Shown here: positions 1 to 9,267 of the stretch, piece by piece
Layout of the letters: the number at the start of each line of letters is the position of its first letter
How positions within the stretch are numbered: position 1 is the stretch's first letter
Program-made: the position numbers and the translations under genes
DNA from: Candidatus Aenigmatarchaeota archaeon
GTDB lineage: Archaea > Aenigmatarchaeota > Aenigmatarchaeia > QMZP01 > QMZT01
DNA length: 64,000 nucleotides
Reading direction: 5' to 3'
NCBI GenBank assembly: GCA_963726265.1
Contig: CAVSBQ010000002.1
Coordinates: 832,001 to 896,000, forward strand
Notes under the pieces: generated by a model
What the model was told of the DNA's origin: nothing
Database searches by the model: none
The model's input: only the letters and a program-made list of their open reading frames with translations

Positions 1-2
1 GG

Positions 3-1310
3 ATGTGCATGGTCGAGAAGATAATCATAGGCAAGGACTGGAAGGACCTGAAGAAGTTCGGGGAGAAAGGGACGGCCTACATAGGCAAGCACATCGTGGG
101 CAAGGGCGAGGAGTCGCACATGACCAACCCAGTTCTCATGGACCTGACCAGGCCGCACATCGTCCTGATATGCGGCAAGCGCGGGACTGGTAAAAGCTAT
201 TCGGCCGGCGTCATAGCCGAGGAGATTTACAAGCTTCCGGACGACATCCGCAGGAACCTCGCGGTCGTCTTCATAGACACCATGGGCATCTACTGGTCCA
301 TGAAGCTTCCGAACGAGAAGGAGGCGGACATACTCAAGGAATGGGGCATGAAACCCGAGGGAATGAACATCAAGCTCTTCGTGCCCAAGGGATACGTGGC
401 CGAATACAAGGAAACGGGGATAAGCGTGGATTACCCGTTCACTATTTCCGTCGCAGAACTGACTGCGGAGGACTGGGCCGTGACCTTCGGCTTCTCGATG
501 ATAGACGAGCACGGCATCCTCCTGGAAAAGATAATGGAGGACGTCGTCGAGAAATGCGGCGAAAAGTTCTCCCTGCGCGACATCATAAACGAGATACAGA
601 AGGACAAGACGACCGAGCAGAAGGTCAGGGACGCGCTCGCGAACAGGTTCATCGCCGCGGAGGGATGGGGCCTGTTCGAGAAAGAAGGGACGCGCATCGA
701 CGAATTCCTCAAGCCGGGCATGCTTTCCATCCTCGACGTCTCGCACTACATGCGCGTTTCCGAGTCTTGGTCGATACGCGCCATGGTCGTCGGCCTGATT
801 TCGAGGAAAATATTCACCCAGCGGCTGATGGCGAGGAAAGCGGAAGAGTATGGCCAGATAACGGGCCAGTTCAAAAAAACGATACCCATGGTCTGGATTA
901 TGATGGACGAGGCGCACCAGTTCGCGCCCAGCGAGGGTTCGACCGCCGCGACCGGACCGCTGCTCACGCTGATAAAGGAAGGCAGGGAGCCGGGCATCTC
1001 GGTCCTCATGATAACCCAGCGGCCAAACAAGCTCCACGAAGACGCGCTCTCGCAGGCGGACATCGTCATCTCGCATCGCCTGACCTCGAAAGCCGATATC
1101 GAAGCGCTTCGTTCGATAATGCAGACCTACATGTTGGAGGACATACAGGACTACCTGAACGACCTGCCGAAAACCAAAGGATCGGCGATACTGCTGGACG
1201 ACAACTCGGAAAGAATGTACCAGATACAAGTCAGGCCGCGCTTCTCCTGGCATGCAGGCGGCTCGCCGATAATCATAAAGGAGAAGTCGCTGATAGGCGG
1301 GGAGAAATAG
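3..1310 (+). CDS. HerA/FtsK-superfamily (DUF87-type) P-loop ATPase
   Basis: Walker A GKRGTGKS, Walker B IMMDEAH, EGR(E)PG arginine finger followed by ITQRP. Confidence 0.85.
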   Translation: MCMVEKIIIGKDWKDLKKFGEKGTAYIGKHIVGKGEESHMTNPVLMDLTRPHIVLICGKRGTGKSYSAGVIAEEIYKLPDDIRRNLAVVFIDTMGIYWSMKLPNEKEADILKEWGMKPEGMNIKLFVPKGYVAEYKETGISVDYPFTISVAELTAEDWAVTFGFSMIDEHGILLEKIMEDVVEKCGEKFSLRDIINEIQKDKTTEQKVRDALANRFIAAEGWGLFEKEGTRIDEFLKPGMLSILDVSHYMRVSESWSIRAMVVGLISRKIFTQRLMARKAEEYGQITGQFKKTIPMVWIMMDEAHQFAPSEGSTAATGPLLTLIKEGREPGISVLMITQRPNKLHEDALSQADIVISHRLTSKADIEALRSIMQTYMLEDIQDYLNDLPKTKGSAILLDDNSERMYQIQVRPRFSWHAGGSPIIIKEKSLIGGEK

Positions 1311-1345
1311 AAACAACCAGATCAAATAAAACAAGCCTGAGATTT

Positions 1346-1777
1346 CTAGTGTTTTTTTTTCTCAAGTGCCTTCGCCAGCTTGTTCATCCGGTTCTCCAGC
1401 TCGATTACCTTCCTTGCCATGTCGCGGTAGTTCCTGTTCATCTTCTTCTCGGTTTCCTTCCTGCTCTGGTGCAGCTTCTCTATGCGGAATTCAGTCTTGT
1501 CCTTGTTCATGCTCGCGATATTGAAGGTCCTCTCGAGGTTCTGCGAAAGCTGGTGCAGCTTCCTGTAGGTGTCGTCCTGGTAGCTCATGAGCCTGCGCTT
1601 GGATATTTCCTCCGCGAGCTTGCCGGAGCCGACCACCACCAGGAAAACGCCCATCACGACGAAGAAATCGACCGACACGACGCCCGCCGACTGGGCCGCC
1701 ACTATGGCCAGGCCCATCAGTGCGAAGAATATCCAGAATATCTTGTCCCAGTGCTTGAACAGGTGCAGGGAAAACAT
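1346..1777 (-). CDS. Hypothetical membrane protein (2 TM helices plus C-terminal coiled coil)
   Basis: Two hydrophobic N-terminal segments, then a charged heptad-rich tail. Confidence 0.7.
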   Translation of the reverse strand: MFSLHLFKHWDKIFWIFFALMGLAIVAAQSAGVVSVDFFVVMGVFLVVVGSGKLAEEISKRRLMSYQDDTYRKLHQLSQNLERTFNIASMNKDKTEFRIEKLHQSRKETEKKMNRNYRDMARKVIELENRMNKLAKALEKKKH

Positions 1778-1902
1778 AGTTAGTAGATGGTTATAAAAAA
1801 TTTAAATCCATATTGTGCTGCCGCGTTTCCGGCGTTCGACGCGCCGCCTTAAAAAGCTTATAAATTGATTGGCGCAATATAGGATAACATTGAGGCGCGA
1901 TT

Positions 1903-2187
1903 ATGAAATTCCCGAAGATGCTAAACACCTACTGCCCGACGTGCAGGAAGCACACGGAGCACACGGTCAAGCAGGCGAAGAGGAAGGGCCGCTCCACCGC
2001 GCACCCGCTGTCGCAGTCGCAGCGAAGGTTCAAGCGCAAGATGGCGGGGTATGGCTCGTTCCCCAGACCGAAGCCGGCAGGCGAGGGCAAGCCGACGAAG
2101 AAGCTCGACCTGCGCCTTATATGCAAGCAGTGCGGCAAGATGCACACGAAAAAGGGCTTCCGCATCAAGAAGTTCGAACTGACTTAA
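1903..2187 (+). CDS. rpl44e: 50S ribosomal protein L44e
   Basis: [35 protein letters not shown] motifs. Confidence 0.95.
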   Translation: MKFPKMLNTYCPTCRKHTEHTVKQAKRKGRSTAHPLSQSQRRFKRKMAGYGSFPRPKPAGEGKPTKKLDLRLICKQCGKMHTKKGFRIKKFELT

Positions 2188-2226
2188 GCGGCTGTATCAA
2201 TTGAAATGATTATAAGGTGAAAACGC

Positions 2227-2556
2227 ATGGCGAAGGAAAAGAAGACGAGGAAAAGAGGCAAGCGCGTGCGCAAGGGGCGCAAGCACGAGACCATCAAGGT
2301 CTGGAAGAAATACGAAATCCAGGGCGATACGCTTTCGCGTAAGAACAGCTTCTGCCCGCGCTGCGGCGGGGGCACGTGGCTCTCGAAACAGAAGAACCGC
2401 CTCTACTGCGGCAAGTGCGGCTACACCAGCTTCAGTTCCGCTAGGTCGGCCGAAGCAAAACCAGAAACCAGGCCGGAAGCCAAGGCGGAGCTCAAAGCAG
2501 AAGCAAAGGCCGAAGCGAAGCATGAGGCGAGGCACGCGGCAAAGCACGGAAAATAG
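2227..2556 (+). CDS. rps27ae: 30S ribosomal protein S27ae with Ala/Glu/Lys-rich C-terminal extension
   Basis: FCPRCGGG...RLYCGKCGYT zinc ribbon; GGTGA SD upstream. Confidence 0.93.
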   Translation: MAKEKKTRKRGKRVRKGRKHETIKVWKKYEIQGDTLSRKNSFCPRCGGGTWLSKQKNRLYCGKCGYTSFSSARSAEAKPETRPEAKAELKAEAKAEAKHEARHAAKHGK

Positions 2557-2678
2557 AAAGCGAAGACGTTTCTCCCTTTTCCGAAAACTTTTTATTGCAT
2601 TTTGTCCACATTTAATCAAGTTACACTGGGCATGATTCTGAACAGTTCAGATAAGTTGGGTTAAGCGGAGGTGTTGGT

Positions 2679-3807
2679 ATGAAAATCACGGTTTCTGCGA
2701 TAAAGGCGGACATAGGCAGCATAGGAGGCCACATAAAGCCGAGCGCCAGGGTCATCGATACGGTGCGCGAGTTCATAGCCGAATACGGCAAAGGCATTGT
2801 CACGGATTTCTACGTCAGCCACACGGGCGACGACATAGCGATACTCATGACCCACAAGCTTGGCAGGGAAAACGCCAAAATCCACAAGCTTGCGTGGGAC
2901 GCCTTCAAGGCAGGCACGCAGGTCGCGAAAGACCAGGGGTTATACGGCGCGGGCCAGGACCTGCTCAAGGACTCGTTTTCAGGCAACGTGAAAGGCATGG
3001 GCCCTGCGGTGGCGGAGCTCGAATTCGAAGAGCGCCCGAACGAGCCGTTCCTGTTCTTCGCAGCGGACAAGACCGAGCCGGGCGCGTATAACCTGCCGCT
3101 TTACCTCGCTTTCACGGACCCCATGCACTGCGCTGGCCTTCTGCTGAGCAGCGGGATGGGCAAAGGGTTTCCGCTTCACCATAATGGACGTGGAGCATAC
3201 CAAGGGCGACCGCGTGATCGAGCTGAACTCGCCCGAGGAGATATATCACATCGCCGCGCTTCTGCGCGACAACAACCGCTTCGTCGTCGAGTCCATCCAT
3301 TCGAGAGCGACTAAAGACCAGGCCGCTGCGGTCAGCACGACCCGCCTGCACAACATCGCGGGCAAATACACGGGCAAGGACGACCCGATAATGCTGGTGC
3401 GCGTGCAGAAGGACTTCCCCGCGACGGGCGAAATCCTCTCGCCGTTCACGATTGGCCATTACGTGGCTGGGTTCATGAGGGGTTCGCATAACGGGCCGCT
3501 CATGCCCGTCAAACTGAATTCGACGATTTCGTTCTTCGACGGCCCGCCCATAGTGAGCTGTGCAGCCTTCTGCATCCATGACGGCAAGCTTACCGAGGCC
3601 GCGGACGCGTTCGACCATCCCTACTGGGATTACGTGAGGAGAAGGGTTTCAAAGAAGGCCGAAGAAATCCGCAGGCAGGGCTTCTCAGGTCCCGCGATGC
3701 TGCCCTACAGCGAACTGGAATACGGCGGCATAGTGGAGATAATGAAGGCGCTGGACAAGAAGTTCGCAGTAAGGCCGGAGAAGAAGGAGAAAGCGGGCAG
3801 GAAATAA
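2679..3807 (+). CDS. fbp: Bifunctional fructose-1,6-bisphosphate aldolase/phosphatase (class V); frameshift near 3170
   Basis: KADIGSIGGH, GLYGAGQDLLKDSFSGNVKGMGP, YTGKDDP, MRGSHNGPLMP; split over ORFs 2679-3314 and 3184-3807. Confidence 0.93.
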
Positions 3808-3884
3808 ACTGCAATAAAGCTGCAATTAAAATATAGTAATCGTCAAGTAGTAAATTTATAAAACTTTGCTACATATAATTTAAC

Positions 3885-4388
3885 ATGTTTTTTGGATTGG
3901 CTGGCAGGTTTCCGAAAGTGAAAAAACTATACAGCAATTCCAATGATTCTAACTTCATTTACAACTCCGGCACTGGCGAATTTACATACAGAGTTTCAAG
4001 AGACTGCGGCGGATTCTCTCTCCCCGTGGGACTAGCGCTTAGAAACCATAGTGTTGGAGACGGAAAATATTTTGAAATAAACATAGAGTCACTTTTTGGT
4101 AAAATATATTCCGGGAGCGGATGGATTGATAATGGTGGAAATTTTTGCACTGGAGAAAGAGGTTACATGAAAACTCGTGTGGGAGAGAACAAAGGTTACA
4201 TTCCAATCCGGAGTCGCAGAAAAGACAAGGCAAGAATTGAAAATGCCATGCACCTTATTTTAAAAAGCGATGACTTCAGAAAGGAACTTTGTAAACTGAT
4301 TTCATCTGGCGGCATCAAAGTAGAGCAATTCGATCCGCAGGTGTGGGATTATTTCAGGACGCTTGTCGGAAAACCACGTGGAAAGTGA
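3885..4388 (+). CDS. Hypothetical protein (ORFan, AT-rich)
   Basis: 167-aa ORF behind a TTTATAAA box; resembles the next ORF. Confidence 0.65.
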   Translation: MFFGLAGRFPKVKKLYSNSNDSNFIYNSGTGEFTYRVSRDCGGFSLPVGLALRNHSVGDGKYFEINIESLFGKIYSGSGWIDNGGNFCTGERGYMKTRVGENKGYIPIRSRRKDKARIENAMHLILKSDDFRKELCKLISSGGIKVEQFDPQVWDYFRTLVGKPRGK

Positions 4389-4411
4389 ATAATAGCTAGA
4401 AATGTGAGATT

Positions 4412-4927
4412 ATGAACTTTGGAATCAACAGATTGCCGAAACCGGACAATGCCAAATATCCGGGTAATCTCAATGGCAAGGTATTCACCTTACAGGAAGG
4501 AAGGATATGCTACGATCTTACCATGGGCAGAATACCTGTCCACATGACTTTTCCATGGCGCTACGAAGTCATCGGCAGCCCGACTGTTATATTCGACAGC
4601 TTGGAAATTAATTTTCAGGTCGGAAACAGAATTTATTATGCTAACGGTACGATTGAAATAGACGACGGCATGCCACGTTTCGCACTTGGCGACCTGAAAG
4701 TGAAAAAGATAACCGTAGAAGGAGAAAAACCCCTTTGGAAGGAATACATGATACCCCGACGCAGAGATAAAGTCCGTGATGCTATCATGTCAAATACCAG
4801 TTACATTTTATCTGATTTGCGAAGAAGCACGGAGTTAAAAAAGAGGATATCCGAAACCACGACATCGGAAGGAAGAATGGTAGACAGCTTCAGCGATGCC
4901 ATGAAGCTGCTTTTTTACGCTGACTGA
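4412..4927 (+). CDS. Hypothetical protein (probable paralog of 3885-4388)
   Basis: 171-aa ORF with shared motif order. Confidence 0.65.
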   Translation: MNFGINRLPKPDNAKYPGNLNGKVFTLQEGRICYDLTMGRIPVHMTFPWRYEVIGSPTVIFDSLEINFQVGNRIYYANGTIEIDDGMPRFALGDLKVKKITVEGEKPLWKEYMIPRRRDKVRDAIMSNTSYILSDLRRSTELKKRISETTTSEGRMVDSFSDAMKLLFYAD

Positions 4928-4948
4928 TTTGTTTTTGTGCACAAAAGC

Positions 4949-5464
4949 TTACCTAAGCATCCCCGCTTCATTCTTCAGCTTGCTGAAAATCTGATCGAGC
5001 GTCTGCGGCACGACCTTCGTGTCCGCCACGGACTCCATGAAGCCGCTGTCGCCGCGGAAGCGGGGGACGATATGGATGTGGAGATGCGAGATGGATGCGC
5101 CCGCGACGTCGCCGCCGATGTTGACGCCTATGTTGAAGCCGTCCGGATTCAGGACCGTCCTGAGAAGCCTGACGCATTTCTTTACCATGACGAAGAGCGA
5201 CGCTACTTCGCTGTCCGTAAGCTCTTCAAAAGTTTCCACATGCCTCAGCGGGAGCACCTGCAGATGGCCCGTGTTGTAGGGGAAGATGTTCATCATCACC
5301 AGCAGCTCCTTGTCCCTGTGCAGGATTTTATTCTCGTCCATGTCGCCCTTCGCGAGCCTGCAAAAAATGCATTTGCCATCCCCTTTTCGCTGCTTGTTGT
5401 TTATCCAGGCCATCCTCGATTCGGAGAAAAGGTATTTTTCGTACATGTTATCATCCAGCATCAT
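4949..5464 (-). CDS. HIT-family nucleotide hydrolase
   Basis: CIFC, NIFPYNTGH, AGASISHLHIHIVPR. Confidence 0.92.
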   Translation of the reverse strand: MMLDDNMYEKYLFSESRMAWINNKQRKGDGKCIFCRLAKGDMDENKILHRDKELLVMMNIFPYNTGHLQVLPLRHVETFEELTDSEVASLFVMVKKCVRLLRTVLNPDGFNIGVNIGGDVAGASISHLHIHIVPRFRGDSGFMESVADTKVVPQTLDQIFSKLKNEAGMLR

Positions 5465-6137
5465 GCGCCTGCCTGAAGCCATCCAGCAGGTCGTTTATAG
5501 CGCGTCCAGGTTCCTTCGCCTTCACCACGCCCGACGCGACGAGAATGCCTTTCGCGCCGAGAGCGAGCGCTTTGCGCACGTCCTCGCCATCCTTGACGCC
5601 CGCGCCGCAGAGGACTGGAATACTGGCGATCGCATGAACCTTTTTGACGGCTTCGGTTATCACCTCAGGCCTAGCCTTCGAGACCGAGACGTCGCCTCCG
5701 ATGAGTTCGGGCGGCTCTATCGCTATGTAATCGGGCTTGAGTGAGGCGAGTTCCTTCGCCTTCTCAGGCGACTCGGCGCACATGACGACGCGCAATCCCA
5801 GTTCGTGACATCGCGCCAGCGAACGCTTCGCAGTTTCGAAATCTATGCGCTTCTCGGAATGGTTGAGCAGCGTGCCCTTCGCTCCCGCGGCTTTCGCCGC
5901 CTCGGGAAGCAGCCAGCCCGTGTTTGAGCCGTATTTGACAGGGTCGACGTGCTGCGCGAAGACGGGGATGCGCACGTTTTCCGAGACTAGGCGCAGGTCC
6001 GCCGCCTGGACCGCGAGGATTATTTCAGCTTCGCTGCGGCTCTCCGCGAGCGAGTCACATATTCGAGCAAGAGCCAGCGCATTCCTGGCCGTCGCTTCTT
6101 CATAAGTCTTCAGGTTTATCAGAAGGACAGGTTTCAT
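5451..6137 (-). CDS. tpiA: Triosephosphate isomerase (archaeal type)
   Basis: INLKTY, GTLLNHSE, IAIEPPELIG, LCGAGV, LVASGVVKA; start set at ATG 6137. Confidence 0.95.
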   Translation of the reverse strand: MKPVLLINLKTYEEATARNALALARICDSLAESRSEAEIILAVQAADLRLVSENVRIPVFAQHVDPVKYGSNTGWLLPEAAKAAGAKGTLLNHSEKRIDFETAKRSLARCHELGLRVVMCAESPEKAKELASLKPDYIAIEPPELIGGDVSVSKARPEVITEAVKKVHAIASIPVLCGAGVKDGEDVRKALALGAKGILVASGVVKAKEPGRAINDLLDGFRQAHDAG

Positions 6138-6243
6138 AATCTTAATTGTAGGCGGTGTTTTTATAATTTCCCCGGAAATGTCGAAAACGCAGCTTTTACT
6201 GGCTCCGTAAAATAATTTAAATCTGCGCGCTATAAAAACAACT

Positions 6244-7590
6244 ATGAAAAAGCTGTTAGTGCTGGCTTTAATTCTGGCTTTTGCGTTTTTGCTGAAACCC
6301 GCTGCGGCCGTCCAGGTGGGCGTGTCGCCTTCCCAGGTAGAAACCGAGGTCAACCAGCAGGGCTGGTATACAATACAGGTATATAATGACGGCTACCAGT
6401 CGGGCGAGTTCGTCATCACCGTCCTGGGGCCGCACCTCGAGTGGCTGAACCTCGAAAGATATTATGTCAGCATGAACCCGTCGGAGAGCCGTGAAGTCAA
6501 GATGTATTTTTATCCCAGCCTGGAAGGGACGTATGATTACGAGGTCATGGCCTACTCGAAGAACAACGAGGCGGACATAAATTCCGCGAAGCTGACGCTC
6601 AAGGTCCTGCCTGAAAAGGAGATGAGACTTCTCAGCTTCACTGCCGAGAGGACGGGCAATGATGTTGCCATAAACCTGAAGCTCACGTCGAAGGAGGAGA
6701 GGAGCGTGAAAATACCCTTCGACATAATCGACAACACGGGCAGGACGGTGAAGCTCGTCGAGACGGCGAGGGAGCTTCCGTCAGGCCCGAGCGAAATAAA
6801 GGAAACCGTGTCCGTCTCGGATTTCATCGCGGGCGATTATTACGTCAGGACGGAGATACCCGAATTCGGGGTGAGCGGTCAGGCAGTTTTCAGCATACCG
6901 GCCATAAACAAGGTCGTGACCAAGAAGGAGATAGTTTCGACGCCTTTCGGCCAGCAGGTCGTGATAAGCGTCGTCAATGAAGGCAACACGCCGGTTGACT
7001 ATGACGTCCAGGACAGCCTGCCTTCGAACCAGTATATTGATTTTGTTAACCAGCCCGCGAACACGTATGTCGAGGGCGGCGAGGTGAATTACAACTGGAG
7101 GCTGGAGGGCCTGGCGCCGGGCAAGGGCGCGACAGTGACCTACAACATCAGCCGCCTGCCGCTGCTCGTCAGCTCTTTCATAGTTATTCTGTGCGTCGTT
7201 GTCCTTCTCGGCATGGGCGCGGTCAAGGTGAGGACGCCCAACATAAGGAAGAAGCATATCAAGAAGAGGGGGGAGCACATCATCATCCTCCAGATAAGAG
7301 GCCCGATAACCAGCGGGCTCAAGGGCGTGATAGTGAAGGACATGGTCACGCCGCTGGGCAGAGTGCTGCCCGAATTCAGCGGCCCGAAGCCCGTCGTAAG
7401 GCAGAGCGAATCAGGGACGGAGCTCCTGTGGAACCTCGGCGACATGAAGCCGAGGAGCGAGATATATCTTTCTTACCGCATCCAGCCGCTGGTCGAGGCG
7501 CAGCTCAAGATGCCGAGGGCGTACCTGAGCTACAGGACTGACGAGGACACGAAGATGCGCGTCTTCTCGCGCCAGGTCATCTTGGAGTAA
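6244..7590 (+). CDS. Exported Ig-like/CARDB-like protein with signal peptide, internal TM helix and C-terminal beta domain
   Basis: N-terminal signal peptide, V.NEGN-type strand motifs, one TM segment near residue 310. Confidence 0.7.
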   Translation: MKKLLVLALILAFAFLLKPAAAVQVGVSPSQVETEVNQQGWYTIQVYNDGYQSGEFVITVLGPHLEWLNLERYYVSMNPSESREVKMYFYPSLEGTYDYEVMAYSKNNEADINSAKLTLKVLPEKEMRLLSFTAERTGNDVAINLKLTSKEERSVKIPFDIIDNTGRTVKLVETARELPSGPSEIKETVSVSDFIAGDYYVRTEIPEFGVSGQAVFSIPAINKVVTKKEIVSTPFGQQVVISVVNEGNTPVDYDVQDSLPSNQYIDFVNQPANTYVEGGEVNYNWRLEGLAPGKGATVTYNISRLPLLVSSFIVILCVVVLLGMGAVKVRTPNIRKKHIKKRGEHIIILQIRGPITSGLKGVIVKDMVTPLGRVLPEFSGPKPVVRQSESGTELLWNLGDMKPRSEIYLSYRIQPLVEAQLKMPRAYLSYRTDEDTKMRVFSRQVILE

Positions 7591-7643
7591 GCCCAACCCA
7601 TTTGCTAACTTTTAAATTCTGCCGCGGTTTATAATAGTATTAT

Positions 7644-7780
7644 CCCTCGGTAGCTCAACCTGGAAGAGCGATCGGCTGTAGACTTTCGCGCTGTGACTTA
7701 AAGTCGGTTTTACGAGTGTGTTGGTCGTTCGCAGTCGCTCAGAAACCGATAGGTTGTGAGTTCAAATCTCACCCGGGGGA
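7644..7780 (+). tRNA. tRNA-Tyr(GTA) with 63-nt intron at 37/38 (7682-7744)
   Basis: Acceptor CCCTCGG/CCGGGGG+A with C1:G72, anticodon stem ATCGG/CCGAT, T-loop TTCAAAT, relaxed BHB. Confidence 0.92.
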
Positions 7781-7857
7781 TCCATTTCTTTTTACCGATC
7801 AGGGTTACGCTTAAAAAGGCTTGCCCGCATAATATACTTCAATTTCATGTGATTTTG

Positions 7858-7944
7858 ATGAGCATAAACCTTGCGAGACTGGAGCGAAGGGTTTACCTTT
7901 CGGGCATAGTCTTGGCTATCATGCTTATATTGCTCAGGTTCTAG
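7858..7944 (+). CDS. Putative 28-aa single-TM peptide
   Basis: MSINLARLERRVYLSGIVLAIMLILLRF; GTGAT upstream; hairpin at the stop codon. Confidence 0.45.
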   Translation: MSINLARLERRVYLSGIVLAIMLILLRF

Positions 7945-7996
7945 GCCGGCTAAAACTTCTCGGCCTGGAAAACAAAAGGCACACAGGGGACTACAA

Positions 7997-8098
7997 ATGG
8001 CTCAGGAAACGCCGCACGAAAGCATGAAGGGATGGATGAAAGCCGTTTCTTTAGCCGAAATTATAGTCATCCTGAGCCTCGTCATATTGCTCATCTAG
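7997..8098 (+). CDS. Putative 33-aa single-TM peptide
   Basis: MAQETPHESMKGWMKAVSLAEIIVILSLVILLI; AGGGGA SD-like; GC hairpin overlaps the stop. Confidence 0.5.
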   Translation: MAQETPHESMKGWMKAVSLAEIIVILSLVILLI

Positions 8099-8190
8099 AG
8101 CCGGGAGCGCACCCGGGTCTAGATGGCAACTGTTTCTAAAGAGTCTGGATTCGGGGAAGCTCCTTAGACAAAGCTGGATAGAAGGAGGTA

Positions 8191-8403
8191 ATGAAAATGG
8201 CAGAAAGTAACGAATTCAAAAGCATAGGCCTTAGCGGTCAGGCAGTTCCCGGGCAGGCAGGTGCATCCTGTGTGACTTACCTTAAAGGAAGAAGGTATGT
8301 GTCAGGTTGCGCTGAACCGCAAACGAACGGGAAAATGAGCCTTGACTACTGGTCACAGGTTGTGGATATGATGTTAGCCGGCGGTTCAGGCAACGGGCCA
8401 TAG
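8191..8403 (+). CDS. Small hypothetical protein
   Basis: Strong AAGGAGGT SD directly upstream; no recognisable domain. Confidence 0.4.
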   Translation: MKMAESNEFKSIGLSGQAVPGQAGASCVTYLKGRRYVSGCAEPQTNGKMSLDYWSQVVDMMLAGGSGNGP

Positions 8404-8441
8404 GCCAACATTTATAAATAGCAGCCAACAATAGATTTATC

Positions 8442-8550
8442 GAGCGGCCAAAGTGGAAAGGTTCACCCGTTCCCATTTCGAACACGGAAGTTAAACTTTC
8501 CGGCGGTCTGGATAGTACTCCTGAAAAGGGGGAACTCCAGATAGCTGCTC
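8442..8550 (+). rRNA. rrf: 5S rRNA (stand-alone)
   Basis: CACCCGTTCCCATTTCGAACACGGAAGTTAA core, TAGTACT loop E, terminal stem GAGCGGC/GCTGCTC, TATA at ~8411, T-run downstream. Confidence 0.93.
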
Positions 8551-8710
8551 ACCTCTTTTTGCAGTTTTTCCAGCCTTTTCGCGAATTTAAATATTAGATA
8601 AGATTACAAATAATATCGACCAGCAAAGTATGCAGTTTGACATATGCGAAGCATATGTCTTTCGGCGACATCGAATGACGCATACAGAGTATGCATCCAA
8701 CGAAACATCT

Positions 8711-8821
8711 GCCCTGGTAGTGTAGCGGCCTATCATCTCGGACTGTCACTTCGAGGACCCGGGTTCAAAAGCGCAAGACGCAGATTTCATCTGCGTCCGC
8801 CTGAAACTCCCGGCCAGGGCG
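8711..8821 (+). tRNA. tRNA-Asp(GTC) with non-canonical 38-nt intron at 59/60 (8770-8807)
   Basis: GCCCTGG/CCAGGGC acceptor, CT-GTC-AC loop; TTCA/TGAA central helix with AAA and ACT bulges; splicing restores TTCAAAT. Confidence 0.9.
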
Positions 8822-8870
8822 TAAGCGACCGACAGCTTGGATTTATGTTTCAAGCTGTCCTTCACAACGT

Positions 8871-9013
8871 GGGCCTGTAGCTCAATCGGTAGAGCACCAG
8901 ACTTTTATCTGTCCGGTAAAAGTATGCTGAGGCTTTCGCTTTGCGGCAGCCAATGACAGAACATGGTGCAGAAAGACATCTGGGGGTCGCGGGTTCGATT
9001 CCCGCCGGGCTCA
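8871..9013 (+). tRNA. tRNA-Lys(TTT) with 70-nt intron at 37/38 (8908-8977)
   Basis: CCAGA/TCTGG anticodon stem; strict BHB: CTTT/AAAG helix with TAT and ACA bulges. Confidence 0.92.
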
Positions 9014-9267
9014 TTTTCCTCTTTCGTTGCCAGCTACCGCCGCCAAAACCGCTAAAAAGCCGCGAAAACCGAAAATCGAAAGCCGCCAAACAAGCCACCG
9101 ATAAGTATTTAAAGGCTGAGAACATTTATTTAACTTATCAACTTACACTAAACTATAACTACCATAACCCATGAAATAGCGATTGCATACGCAGGCTGCG
9201 TATATTCATCTCTAAAACTCCGGCCGGCTGTTAAGCCCCGCGAGTTAAGGGTGGTTGCATTAACATT

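Noticed and set aside
3..1310. HerA-based defence or repair operon
   Set aside because: No NurA, Mre11, Rad50 or Sir2 partner visible; upstream context lies outside the window.
341..1783. Long alternative-frame and antisense ORFs (also 31576-32811, 34319-35482, 47655-48917, 62829-63977 and others)
   Set aside because: They are shadows of well-supported genes in GC-rich coding sequence and carry no motifs of their own.
8120..8405. Possible RNase P or SRP RNA (GGGGAAGCTCC resembles the P4 5' strand)
   Set aside because: No matching 3' P4 strand (ACAGAA...GCT) and no SRP helix-8 motif; a strong SD plus ORF explains the region better.
9035..9100. Degenerate CCG-AAAA short repeats
   Set aside because: Irregular, with no constant repeat or spacers; not a CRISPR array.
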